This document shows positions 24,561 through 36,754 of a stretch of DNA of 50,923 nucleotides, one piece after another. Source of the DNA: Catajapyx aquilonaris (taxonomy: Eukaryota); the NCBI GenBank assembly GCA_000934665.2, contig KZ538824.1, positions 1-50,923 of the forward strand, given 5' to 3'. Made by a program: the position numbers and the translations under genes. Under the pieces are notes generated by a model. It made no database searches. It worked only from the letters and a program-made list of their open reading frames with translations, and had not been told where the DNA came from. Position 1 is the first letter of the stretch, and every line of letters begins with the position of its first letter.

Positions 24561-27264
24561 ACGTTGGGGACAGGAGGGAGGGAAAATGGAACAAAATATA
24601 GATTTGTAGTGATGTTTAGGGTGAATGGGTGCAAGATTGCTACAATCGCGTCACCGAAATTTTCATCGGTATATTTGAGCTGACTTATTGTGTTCCACCC
24701 AGTATAAAACAAAACTTTACAACCTATTGTAGTTGTAAGCTCGTAATCCTTACTCGTAGTTCCATGTTTCACGACCGTCATCCACATATTACTGTACGTC
24801 ACGCTGCTTTTACGCTTTTTTGACCACCTATTGTAGCGCTTCGATACATTGATATTTTTAAAATATCATTTTTGAAAGTTCGCTATATTCGCCCCAAATA
24901 TTCGCATACCGATGTTTTCGTACAACGTTTGAAAGTGACTTCTTGCTCAAACAAGCTCCCACCTCCATCACGTCTAGTCCGTCACACCAACACCAACATG
25001 ATGACCCTAATACAGGAACTTTCGGAAATGCCTAGCACAAACAGTACATTATTGTGTAAGTACTATATTCCCTACATAATTTCAGGCTTGTGCAAGTAAT
25101 CTTCATGAACCCCTCAAGGATGATAAGACAAGCATGAGTACGATAGCATTAGGATATCCTGTAAAGTTCATTGTAATCATATTGCCATAAAAATAATAAG
25201 CAGGTGAGTATAACATTAGAACAAAGTATTTTAAGTGGATATACTGTCAGTGAGCAAGCTAATGAGTATGCCTAAGTTAAGTAAAACTATAAACATGAAT
25301 AAATAATGGTGTTTAAAAATCACGTGACATGTCCCCCAAAAATTATGCATTTACAGTAGTTTTGGTGATCTTGTGGAGACTACATGATTATGAAGGTTTG
25401 TGATTTTGCAATCTCTGTGTGCTTATCAACTCTCATATACCTCATCAGTTAGAACTGTTAGGCCATTCTTACTGTCAGCAGTTATTCCTTAGGTCACAAC
25501 ACGTCTTGTCATTCCTTATGTGTAATTAAACTTCACATATACAACAACATCATCATCATCATGACATTTCCCTATGAGGGGTAGTCCGCGATGAAGGGAG
25601 ACGCAAGCTAAGTTAGCTAACCCAACATATGAACTAATAAAACTCACGAGAATAAACCTAAAAACAACCCGTCCCACCCCCCACCCCATGGGATTCCATG
25701 GTTACGCCTGGGACCTGCTGCGAGTGTGTGACATATACTCCAGTTATTTTCCTTTTTGGTTGAGAAGAGATGATCGGGAGAACCGCAAGTCATACTAATT
25801 TAAGTTCAGTTTCTCTAGGTTCTGGGAATGTTCGAAGTTTGGGGGTAGGTGGGGTGGGTAGTAAGAAAAGACTAACTTCACATATACGAGTATGTTAAAA
25901 GTTTCTTGCCCAAATTGCCAAGGAATCTGGGAACTGGGCAATCTATAATTTTCCTACCACACTAGATAGGGCTCAGGCTGACCAACAAAACACCAACAAG
26001 ATATATCTCTGCCTACGTTGATGGTCCATGAGGCTGTAAGGAGGCAAATCAAGAAAATAGTCAACTTCCAATGCTTGTGTCATGAATGCTCAAAAAAAAA
26101 AAAAAGGAAAGTCTATCATTTATCTGCACCTAGGCGGGTTTGGGAAGGCGTGGTGGGCTCCAAACATGTTGGCTACGGGTCACAAACAATCGGTTGCCGG
26201 GAGAGCAAAACAAAGGGCGTCTTGTTGCCCCTGCCACGCGAACCATTCAGGCGAGTGCTAGGACCACAGTATTAATGAAGGAGGTGGCAAATTCAAATGC
26301 CATAATGGTTGCTGCAGTCCGTTAACCCAAAGAACGACACTTCGTCAAGCAACCGTGAAGGCATTCGAATTTGGCTGGCAGCAGTATCAAGGCATCCTAT
26401 TGTTTGCGACGCAACGTTGCCAACTGTCGGGAGGCCCCCCGCCCGCCCAACCCCGCCTGCGTTGTTAAGGTGCTGATAAACAATAGTTTATCCAAAAAGG
26501 GGGGGGGGAGGGGGGGGAGGAATGTATAGGAAGACCCAAACCTTGTGCTAAGTCTGCACTGGAGTTCTCAAGTAGCCCAGAAATGTATAATCCATCAACT
26601 CTTCCTGGTCCTCCCTCTTAGATCATTATATTGGGCAGAGAACCAGCCTTTCAGTGCATCACCAGAAAGACTGATATAGGAAAAAATGACATGAATCCTA
26701 TTCTAACCCTCGCACAACTTTGAGAACCTTAAGAGTAGGCTATTATTTTATGCAACAACCCACTTTTACCAGAATTTTGACAATAACCATAAGTGCATAA
26801 AACCCCTTGATAACAATGAGATACAACCAGTATGGAATAATTTTTTGTTCAGTTGGACGCTGAGTAGAGATTCAGCTAACTGGATGTTCACATTATTAAA
26901 AATAATGCTAGTAAACGTGTCAACATTTAATATACTGAACATAATTCCCCATCACTTAATAAAAATAGCACAAAATTGTCATGATATTGCATAGTACAAT
27001 GTAAAAAATAACATTCCTGGAGGCATGCAGTTTATTACAGAAAATACTGCAAACAGATTTACATCATGGTAGTGAACCAGTTCTCACCTCCACCAATAAA
27101 TCATACACCAAGATATATAAATGTAGAAAAAGCATAACAATTATTCCCTTGTATTAAAAGTCATCAATCACATAAAAATATCATTCTCCAAAGTTCAAAA
27201 AAATTATCCAGCAACATGTTTTGGTGGCCATTTCAATTCCTGTTCCATTACAGTATATGACGCA

Positions 27265-28572
27265 TTACTTGTCAATAACAATTTCTCTAGCAATAAGTTC
27301 TTTCATGATTTCATTAGTGCCACCATAAATTGGCTGCACACGAGCATCTACATAAGCTCTAGCAATAGGTGTCTCCCACATGTACCCCATACCCCCAAAC
27401 AGTTGAACACAGTCATAAGCTACACGATTTTGCAAATCGGACAGCCAGTATTTAGCCATAGAAGCCATAGCCCCATCTAAACGCTGCTCTGAGTGAAGTT
27501 GGATGCAATGATCCACAAATGCCCTACCCACGCAAATATCTGTCTTCATCTCAGCCAATTTATGCTGCACTGTCTGCAGGCGTGATATGGTGCCCCCAAA
27601 TGCCTTCCTTTGCTTCACATAATTGCGAGTCTCCTCAAACATCCACTCAGCATGAGCACAAGCAACTACAGCTATAGAAAGCCGTTCTTGTGGAAGCTCC
27701 TGCATGAGGTAATAAAACCCGTGGTTTTCTTTTCCTAATAATGCACTCTTTGGAAGGCGAACATCCTCAAAAAATAATTCAGCAGTATCCTGAGCCTTGT
27801 AACCCATTTTTTTCAATTTCTTTCCCTTCTTGAAACCAGGTGTTCCTTCATCCACAAAAAACAGTGAGATTCCATGGGCTGCAGATTTAGCACCCGGGTT
27901 GGTCAAGGCAACTACCACTACAACATCTGCTAACCAACCATTGGTAATGAAAGTCTTGCTTCCATTAAGAATGTAGTCATCTCCATCTTTTTTAGCATTT
28001 GTGCGGATACCCTGAAGGTCACTTCCAGCGCCAGGCTCTGTCATGCCAATAGCGAGAATTTTTTTGCCTGAAACTGCGTCTGGGACGTACTTTTGAAGTT
28101 GCTCCTGATTTGAATATTTGGAGATGTAAGGCAGTACGATATCAGAGTGAAGTGAATATGCTGGAGACATGCAGCCTGTATAGGCCTGTTCCTCTACCAC
28201 AATAGCAGCATCAATAAAAGTTCCTCCAACCCCACCTTTCTCAGCTGGAATGGTAATACCCAAGAAACCATTTGCCCCTGCCTTTTCCCATGCTTCACGA
28301 TCAGGCGCGCCGTCCTGTTCCCATTTCTGATAGTGTGGAGCTATTTCTTCCTGAAAAAAACGGCGTGCATTCTGGCGCAATATATCATGGTCAGATGAAA
28401 ATATGCTGCGGCAACCAATGTCCATAAGAGAGCGCATCTGACTGGAAGAAGGACGAGACTGCTCACTCTCCAATCGATAGGCACTTGTAGAGATGCTTCG
28501 ATGTAACAAGGGACGTGAAGATAGTTGCCAGCACGCAGCCCTCAAGGGATATCTCTGCATCATGTGGAACAT
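27265..28572 (-). CDS. ACADL: Long-chain specific acyl-CoA dehydrogenase, mitochondrial-type, copy 2 (435 aa, single coding exon)
   Basis: Uninterrupted ORF with GMTEPGAGSDL, NGSKTFITNG, ELPQERL, PIYGGTNEIMKELIAR. Presequence-like N-terminus. Branch point CTAAT plus TTTTCTTACTAG acceptor 1 nt before the ATG. AATAAA on minus strand at 27031-27036. Confidence 0.93.
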   Translation of the reverse strand: MFHMMQRYPLRAACWQLSSRPLLHRSISTSAYRLESEQSRPSSSQMRSLMDIGCRSIFSSDHDILRQNARRFFQEEIAPHYQKWEQDGAPDREAWEKAGANGFLGITIPAEKGGVGGTFIDAAIVVEEQAYTGCMSPAYSLHSDIVLPYISKYSNQEQLQKYVPDAVSGKKILAIGMTEPGAGSDLQGIRTNAKKDGDDYILNGSKTFITNGWLADVVVVVALTNPGAKSAAHGISLFFVDEGTPGFKKGKKLKKMGYKAQDTAELFFEDVRLPKSALLGKENHGFYYLMQELPQERLSIAVVACAHAEWMFEETRNYVKQRKAFGGTISRLQTVQHKLAEMKTDICVGRAFVDHCIQLHSEQRLDGAMASMAKYWLSDLQNRVAYDCVQLFGGMGYMWETPIARAYVDARVQPIYGGTNEIMKELIAREIVIDK

Positions 28573-29066
28573 CCTAGTAAGAAAATTAGCTAATTAAAAT
28601 GAAGTCTACACAATGGCTGGTTTAATTTCAACTTTTTGGTTTAAATTAATTTAAACAAGTTGTGACTTCTTATCATCTACATATGCTCATTCTCAACTAC
28701 TCATAGTGAGGTAAATAACAAGTTATAGGCCTACTAAATGGAAAATGGGAAAAAAATGGATAATGTATCTTGCTCAAAATTATTATTATCTGGCAAATTC
28801 CCCTTTGGAAGGGAATTTCCCATGGAACGGTTTATTAGAGTGAGGTGAGGTAAAATGGGTATAAAAACACCTTTTTTGGATTTGTTGTTTAATTTCAATT
28901 AATAGGTGGATATATGTATATCCTCATTATTATTTTTACTTTATACAATGTGCTTATTGAAAGAAGAATGCCTTACTTTTTTCTATTTTATGAAAAATTA
29001 AACATTATAACAGAAATATTGCACTCATGTGCACTAGTGGGATAAATTCACATTTTACCCCATTTT

Positions 29067-29332
29067 CCCCGAATTCATTTACACCCTGCATAGGTATGAA
29101 ATTGCCCTTTTAATTTTCGTACTGAAGCTTTTTAGGCCCCTAGTCTGATGACCCCGGGTAAGCTATCCCGGGGGCAATCACCATGGCAGCATATGTAAAA
29201 GGATAGCAGTAAACAACCAGTTACCCCAGGGGGCAAGCTACCCGGGGTCACCAGACTATATACCTAAAAAGCTTCAGTACGAAAATTAAAAGGGCAATTT
29301 CATACCTATACAGGGTGTAAATGAATTCGGGG
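29067..29332. repeat. Large palindrome overlapping the left end of the next MITE
   Basis: CCCCGAATTCATTTACACCCTG-CA-TAGGTATGAAATTGCCCTTTTAATTTTCGTACTGAAGCTTTTTAGG mirrored almost exactly up to 29332. Confidence 0.85.
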
Positions 29333-29705
29333 GACAAACTTGTAGGGGTAATAGAGGGGACCAAGACAAACATATTTCATAGGAACCCGTGTCCGGAAAC
29401 GCCATCTAGAGAGTTGTTGTTTATCATCTGTGCGCTACCTAGCATGCTGACTTTTAGTCGTTAGGTGGCTCTGTTGTTGCCAGGTTATGGCAAATTGCGA
29501 AGTTGTGTACAATCCGCACGCCACCTAGCAACTAAACAGTCTGCTCGCTAAATCCGCCCGCCTGACGCGTCTGAGCGCACCCATTCCTTGTCTATGAACC
29601 CCCTCTAGATGGCGTTTCCGGACACGGGTTTCTATGTGAAATATGTTTGTCTTGGTCCCCTCTATTACCCCTACAAGTTTGTCCCCCGAATTCATTTACA
29701 CCCTG
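29311..29705. mobile_element. Tc1/mariner-type MITE
   Basis: TA|CAGGGTGTAAATGAATTCGGGGGACAAACTTG with about 100 bp inverted arms, ends CACCCTG|TA. Confidence 0.9.
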
Positions 29706-30102
29706 TATAATAATATCCCTTCAAGAATCCTTTACCTAGCTTAGTGAAAAAATATTTATACTAATCTAACAAATGTAAATAAAACTGGAGAGTTTTTAGT
29801 GTATTCACAAAGCATGTAACTGGATAAAAATATTATTTTAGGGCCCTGTTTTTCATCTGTGTAGTGTCAGTAACAAAGGAAATAGGCCTACTCTCTGTAT
29901 TAAAAACTACCGGTACCAAGCTCTTGCCGGTACCCATTTTACCCCACCTGACCCTACTCATTAGGTTAATTTAAATAGATTATTGAATGATTTAATTTGG
30001 ATAATTCTGCAGTAACATAAATAAGTAAATTTTAGCAGTAATTGGATAACTTTTCATAATTAACAAACCATGATGGTTAATTCTTTTAAACACTTGATTT
30101 AA

Positions 30103-30388
30103 CCCTGGAACCGTACCGTGGGGTCTTTTCGGACCCCAAAGGAATTAAAATGCATTAAAATTAAAATTACAACGAACTCTTTGCCATTTAAACAAAAGTA
30201 TATAACAGGAAGTACATGTTTATTTCAAATTAGCGATCATTTTAGGCATTGTTCAAAGAATGATTGTTTATAGTCAATACATTGAAAAGTATTGCGTAAA
30301 AATTAATAAAAATTAAAATATGGCGTGGGGTCCTAAAAGACCCCACAGCACGGTTCCCGTAACTTTCAGGCACGGCACGGTTCCAGGG
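30103..30388. mobile_element. piggyBac-type MITE
   Basis: TTAA|CCCTGGAACCGT ... ACGGTTCCAGGG|TTAA; subterminal GGGGTC..GACCCC palindromes. Confidence 0.85.
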
Positions 30389-30483
30389 TTAAACTGTGGT
30401 TTAAACCAGCCAACCCTGCTGGAACCTCCCATTAAATGTGGATAATAAATGTTTCAAATAGTCAGCATTAAAAATATCAATTT

Positions 30484-31725
30484 TAGTCAGGGCGATCGGG
30501 GTCAATTGTAACACTTTTTAGTCTGAATTTTTAAATTCAGTTACATATGCATTTAGGAAACGTGTTATGACATGGTGGAAATAAGGCAACATTCCTCTGT
30601 AAAATTAACATGATAAAATCTTAAGATGAAAAATTGATCGATTTATAAATATTTTTCCAAGGGAAGGCAGAGTGTTACACCGACCCCAACATAGGGGAGG
30701 TTGTAACAGAGGGCAGGGTCGATTGTAACACTTTGTCTTAAATTGTAAATGTAATATGGAAGAACAGTTTACACCAGTGGTTCCCAACCAGGGGGGCGTG
30801 AGAGGATTTCAGGGGGGGGGGGGNNNNNNNNNNNNNNNNNNGGTGAGGCCATGAGAAATAAATAATATAATGCAACATGCTTCCACTTGGCGCTGATGGG
30901 AATGTGAAGGGACCAACTTTTCTACTTGCTTGTATCCGATGTGCTTACAGTATAGGAGGATTCCACTGTACTTTGTCAGCTACATTGACCTAAACTTGTG
31001 TGACCTTGAACCCAAAATAAAAACATCTTTCAAGAAACTATTGCTGAAATTTATTGGGGCCAGGGAGGGGGAGGGGCGTGAGTGTTTGGTGAAAATGAAA
31101 AGGGGGGCTTCATGACGAAAAGGTTGGGAACCACTGGTTTACACCCACTCATTATTACAAGAAAATGGATTTTTTATCCATATAAATTTTCGACAAACTG
31201 GTTATGAGGCCTTATTGCACAAAATAATAACTATTTCTACTATCAATATCCTGTGAGACATGTAGCTGTAACATTTGTACACAGACTTGACCTTTCTCTC
31301 ATGATTTTACCATGTTACAACTGACCCCAAGGAAGCTGTTACAACAGTCCCCATTGTGTGTTGCCTTGTAGATATGCTTCCTACTTTTTAACTGTGTACA
31401 GGATTTGGTCATCCATACCGTCAGTGTGACCCCACTAAAAGAACCTTTCTCATGATACCAAGGGCAATTCAATAACACCTCTACCCTCCGCATAATCACT
31501 TGATTACTGCCACTCAAAAAAGTTGGGAACACACCTTGATTTTGGTTTTTTGCATATGTAGAAAAACAAAAAACAAAAAAAAGAGTAGCCAAAGGTTTGC
31601 CTGGCTTAGAGGCCATAGTGCTACACATACTGTGTGAGTTTCAGTTTCAGGTCCTTCCAAACGTATTTATTATTGGCGACGTTACAACTGTAACCTGTTA
31701 CAACCGACCCCGATCGCCCTAACTG
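30484..31725. mobile_element. Non-autonomous DNA transposon (pogo/Tc1-like ends)
   Basis: TIR AGTCAGGGCGATCGGGGTC / GACCCCGATCGCCCTAACTG|TA with repeated TGTTACAA/TTGTAACA subterminal motifs. Confidence 0.75.
30775..31136. mobile_element. hAT-type MITE nested in the 30484-31725 element
   Basis: TIR CAGTGGTTCCCAACC / GGTTGGGAACCACTG with perfect 8-bp TSD GTTTACAC. Confidence 0.9.
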
Positions 31726-32023
31726 TATGAGGGAACATCTTGGATATCTTGGAACCTATCTCATTTACTTCATTATAATTTTGTCTCATTATACGCCTTT
31801 TCACTTTACGTCGCATTTTGCTGGAACCAATTACCGGTGTAAAATGGGTACTACCTGTATTGTACATTATTTTATGCTCTTATATGTATTTTGTTGTGTT
31901 TCATTAAGTTTCCTTTGCTCTTCGGATTATTATTTTTGTTATGCGAGCATGCCCTGGTCCCATGGGTAACGGATAATCGGGGGGTTCTACTGTATTGTTG
32001 CTTTATTTTTTGAACAGTTAATA

Positions 32024-33536
32024 CAGTAGAACCCCGATTATCCGTCACCCACAGGACTGGGGCATTGTCGGATAACAGGAAAGGTCAGATAACACTATGC
32101 AACACGATATTTATTTTGTCCATGGTAATTTATTGATATTTCCATGTTCCTTAGCTCATGCATAACTCATAAGGGCCATTCATTTTGTCTTCGATTTGTT
32201 TTTAACCTCGGGGCAGTCAAAAAACCAAAATCCCCAAATATAGCAGTTTTTCCCAATCAAATGGGACTAAATGTTGCTAGACCATCTCCGATTGTTATGA
32301 AAATAATCACAGCTGTACATACCTATGCTGTAACACTGCATAATTATCAAGTTTCAGCCAAATTGCTAAATACCGTGGGGAGGGAAGAAATCGCGAAATT
32401 TCTGAGGCCTTTTTTTGGATAATTTGTTTCGGTTATTGGAAGTGGTCAAAACCCAATCAACAAGTACTGTACATCAAATGAAAGAGAAATGCGAGTAGAA
32501 TGAGCCTATGGAATTTGTTTTTCTCAAAACTCCACTCAGAAAAACATGTGTGGCATTTCTTCAGTCACATGTCCAAGAATTTGGCTCCGTTAAAGTTAAT
32601 GGTAATTCACCAAACATACGAGTATCTATTATTTTTTTCTCGCGACCCATGCACGACCCAGGATTGAAACTGAACATATTGAATCTTGTATGGGTCACAA
32701 CTCCTGTCACCAAATATGGCTGCTCTTACGCAAATACATCACTAATATATTGTTGGGGTCTAAACACTTGGACATGTTACTGAGCATGTGACCGATGGAA
32801 TGCCATACATGTTTTTCTGAGTGCCTTTTAGAGAAAAACGAATTCTACTAGGCGCCTACTAGGCGCATTCTACTCGCGTTTCTCTTTCATTTGATATGTT
32901 GATTGGGTTTTGACCACTTCCAATAACCGAAAAAAAAAAAAACCTATCCAAAAAAGGCCCCATTTTCAAGATTTCGCGATTTTTTCCCTCCCCATGGTAT
33001 TTTGCAATTTGGCTGAAACTTGATATGCAGTGTTACAGCATAGGTGTGTACAGCTGTGAGCCTGTGATTGTTTTCAGAAAAATCCGAGAAGGTCTAGCAA
33101 CGTTTAAGCCCCCTTGATTGGGAAAAACTGCTATATTTGAAGATTTTGGTTTTTTGACTGCCCTGAGGTCAAAAACAAATCAAAGACAAAATGAATGCCC
33201 ATTATGAGTGACTTGTGACCTAAGGAACATGAATATGACGATGAATTTCCATAAACAAAAAAAAGTCAAATTTTGTTGCATAGTGTAATCCGAGAAGCAA
33301 AGGAAAACACAACAAAAAGCATAAAAAATCATGAAATAATGTACAATATTGCGCTTTTCTAAGAAATAGTGAAGTATTTATCTGTTATGTACACACTCTG
33401 CTGTTAAAAATTTAACTAAGGCAATACAAAACAAATGATTAGTAGGCCTGCATTATAGCATTTGATGAGAAAACATAAATTTATTGCTGGAGCGTCCAAT
33501 CGGATAATCCGTGGTCGTTTAAACAGGGTTCTACTG
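32024..33536. mobile_element. pogo/Tigger-type MITE (a truncated inverted copy lies at about 31858-31992)
   Basis: TA|CAGTAGAACCC ... GGGTTCTACTG|TA with CGGATAA subterminal repeats. Confidence 0.75.
32093..33285. mobile_element. Foldback with CACTA/Chapaev-type ends nested in the pogo MITE
   Basis: TAA|CACTATGCAACA ... TGTTGCATAGTG|TAA (3-bp TSD); about 480 bp imperfect inverted arms (32093-32570 vs 32800-33285). Confidence 0.85.
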
Positions 33537-33692
33537 TATTATCAAAAGATGACTCAAACAAATCTTACAGAGCATGAGATTTATAATAAATATGTACTTA
33601 TCAATCTTTTGAAAACTGTAACCATTTAACTGAAATTCATAATTAAGATTCTTGCTATTACAGGAAATTTCTAGTAGAGCACAAGAAATATA

Positions 33693-34810
33693 CAGTAAAA
33701 CTTCTATAAGTCGAACTTCCCTAAGTCGAAGTTCTCTATAAGTCGAAGAAAATGATGGTTCTCCATAACTCGAAGTGCAGGCAGGGCCTTACGATGGGAT
33801 ATCAATGCATTTTCAGTCTCCCTAAGTCGAAGTTCATGTTAGCGAGTACGGAAAATTTTCTAATTTCCCAGCTGCAGGGTCGAGAGTAGGCCACATGTAC
33901 AGAAAGGCTCAATTTCCTGATCTCCGTCTACCAGACCTACCGAACGAAGTGTTTGACTTGATTGTGACAATTATTGAATCCTTGAATCTAAGAGTAGGCA
34001 AATGTCCATAAAGGAGTTTTTTTTTTTTACACCAAACCAACGCGGAACATTGTAAGTCCAATAGTGACCTAGTTATTTTAAAGTTTTGAACACCTTTCAT
34101 CGCTGGATATAAAGGTAGGTTTCCTTATAGAGTTCTGTGCTTTAAAAAAGCCAAACTTCTCTAACTCGAATCTTCCATAACTGGAAGTTTTTTCCCTGTC
34201 CCATGCAGATTCAACTTATACAGGGTGTTTCAGAGTCACGGGTCAAGCGCGCGCGAGGGGGTGGGGAAAAATCGTAGGTGGCGACAACCCCGGTCGGTTT
34301 CATAAAACAATTAGAAATACAGCAGTAATCAATTTATTTATTACGGCCGTATGGCGTGACGTCACATCCTACTCGAATCGAGTGGCGCGGACTGACAGGT
34401 GCACTTGCTTGAACTTGCGTGAGCAGCTTTTTAGCCTTGCGGGTTGCACTGAAAAAGGCGCTCTCCTGCTACACCGGCAGGGGTACTGAACACACCACTG
34501 TACAGTAGTACACTACTTTGTACAGTACCCTACCGGTATAACATGAGAGCACCTTTTTCAGTGCAATCCACAAGGCTAAAAAGCTGCTCAAGCAGGTTCA
34601 AGCAAGTGCACCTGTCAGTCCCCGCCACTCGATTCGAACAGAAAGTAGGATGTGACGTCACGCCGTTTGGCCGTAATAAATAAATAGATTACTGCCATAT
34701 TTCTAATTGTTTTATAAAACCGACCCGGGTAGCCGCCACCTACAATTTTTCCCAACCCCCTCGCGCGCGCTTGACCCGTGACTCTGAAACACCCTGTAGA
34801 AGTTTTACTG
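33693..34810. mobile_element. pogo-type MITE with a nested insertion in its right TIR
   Basis: TA|CAGTAAAACTTCTATAAGTCGAA ... TTCAACTTATA[insert]GAAGTTTTACTG|TA; repeated TAAGTCGAAG motifs. Confidence 0.8.
34221..34796. mobile_element. Tc1/mariner-type MITE, palindromic over nearly its whole length
   Basis: TA|CAGGGTGTTTCAGAGTCACGGGTCAAGCGCGCGCGAGGGG ... reverse complement CACCCTG|TA. Confidence 0.9.
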
Positions 34811-35063
34811 TATTTTAAACTTGTGTAAGGTATATTTCAAGATATATTACAGTATATTGCTTTCTGCTGACTATATGGCAACTTAACCACATTGTTCCGT
34901 TCACTTTTGAGATAAATTTTTATGTTTGCTTGTCACATACTTTAACCAAAAAAAATGTAAATATACACTGATAAATTTATTGCTGCAGTTATTGTCTTAC
35001 AAAACTCTAACTTGTTTCCAGTGTTTTTTCCTGTTAAGAAACATCAATGTAAGAAATTCAGTT

Positions 35064-35324
35064 AATAATGGATACCCCGTGATAGGCCCCTTGGGCCTCT
35101 TAGGGGATCATCTTTTGAATATGCGACTTGAATCATTTGCCTGTAACGTGATGGATTTTGATAGTGGGAGGAAACGGGAGAACCCCGAGAAAACCCACGC
35201 GAACACGGAGAGAACCCATCGAAACTCTATCCACATAAGTATCCTCCGTCCAACCCGGGGATCGAACTCGGGACCTTAGAGGTGGAAGGCTGCGGCGCTA
35301 ACCACTCGGTCACCGTGTCGCCCT
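35064..35324 (-). mobile_element. tRNA-derived SINE (second family), full length
   Basis: Minus strand A box TGACCGAGTGG, B box GTTCGATCC; 14-bp TSD TAAGAAATTCAGTT at 35050-35063 and 35325-35338. Confidence 0.9.
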
Positions 35325-35408
35325 TAAGAAATTCAGTTTTATTATACCCAATCATTTCTGTGATGAAATTTTATGATAAAAAATATACATACTGTACAGT
35401 TGGCTATA

Positions 35409-36402
35409 CAGGATGAAGAGAAATGCGTGGATAATTTCCAGGTAGACTGATAGTACTCGTAAAACTAATATAGGGATGTGCAATTAGTTTTGGGAGCCGT
35501 TGCATAGTTCGTGCGTACGGCGCCGTCAAAGTTTTGTGACGTCACATCTGTTCCACCAGCATCAAAGAACGAAAAGCCAGTTAGAGGGCCTACGAATAAT
35601 CCGGCCTTGGATCCGTAACACATGGTCCATGTGCAATAGGTGATCAAATACCATCAGAGTAATAATCTGGGTGCGACACCCAAGCACTTCGTCTTTTTTA
35701 CCTAATATTTCACTATCCGGCCCTCTACACCTTAACCCTTGACTACGTAGGTGGCCAAAACACCTTTAACTATGTAGGTGGAGCCTGAGTGGCTCCAGCG
35801 GTATATTTAAATCGCTGCTTATCAGCTCAATTGTTATATTGGACTTTTCACATACAGACAGTGCAGTTCAGATAATTAGGGTTCCGAAAACGTAAAAATC
35901 ACACACTGATCAGCATATTCCGACAGAAAAAAATTCGTAACGAGGAACAGGTCCCACCTTGGAGCCGCTCAGGCTCCACCTACGTAGTAAAGGGTGCTGT
36001 GGCGTTTTCCTTATTCAGACGCTCTCCACGGAGATACGGAAAATGACAGCACCCTTTACTACGTAGGTGGAGCCTGAGCAGCTCCAAGGTGGGACCTGTT
36101 CCACATTATGAATTTTTTTCTGCCAAAGAATGGCGACTAATTTTTTTTTTCTTCTTTTCATGCTTAGGAAGGTTTTTGTGACAAAGTCACGGAAGGACAG
36201 GGGGAAAAAACATTTAATTAAAAAGTTACATGCGTTTAATAGTGGTTGGAGCCTCTCAGGCTCCACCTACGTAGTTAAGGGTTAATGGCGCCTTACGCAT
36301 TAACTACGCAACGGAGCCAAAAAGTAATTACACATTCCTATATTCGTTTTGTGAGTACTACCAGCCTACCCCGCGATTATCCGCCAGTTTCCCTTCACCC
36401 TG
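35409..36402. mobile_element. Older Tc1/mariner-type MITE hosting a piggyBac MITE
   Basis: TA|CAGGATGAAG.. about 115 bp arm mirrored at 36287-36402 (..CTTCACCCTG|TA). Confidence 0.7.
35736..36281. mobile_element. piggyBac-type MITE
   Basis: TTAA|CCCTTGACTACGTAGGTGG ... CCACCTACGTAGTTAAGGG|TTAA; internal inverted copies of the CTACGTAGGTGGAGCCTGAG motif. Confidence 0.85.
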
Positions 36403-36404
36403 TA

Positions 36405-36625
36405 TAGTTCTAGCATGTACAGAGTCCTCATCATCCATGTCTACACTGGGATTACACAGTAATGATCAATACACCAGCAAAGTTCAGTGCAGAGGATGAT
36501 ATGGTTCTTGATACAGTTTCATGATGCAGTTTTGCAACCTTCTGTGGACGTTCTGATCATTACCATGTTAATCAGCAGAAACCCAGTGTAGACACGGACA
36601 ATGAGGACTGTGCAGGCTAAAACTA
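36405..36625. repeat. Hairpin / small MITE
   Basis: AGTCCTCAT..TGTCTACACTGGG mirrored by CCCAGTGTAGACAC..ATGAGGACT. Confidence 0.6.
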
Positions 36626-36697
36626 TGTAGCCTACTAAATAACCCCTTGGGTCCCACCATACTTCCAAAATATAGGAAACAAGGTTAGAGTATACTG

Positions 36698-36699
<2 letters not shown>

Positions 36700-36754
<55 letters not shown>

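Noticed and set aside
21995..28572. Bacterial horizontal transfer as the reason for intronless ACADs
   Set aside because: The N-terminal MDIG.R.IF..DHDI.R segment resembles animal ACADL as I recall it, and presequences and 5' UTR splice acceptors are present; a phylogeny would settle it
21995..28572. The two ACADL copies as an assembly haplotype artefact
   Set aside because: Many synonymous and amino-acid differences and dissimilar flanks indicate true paralogs
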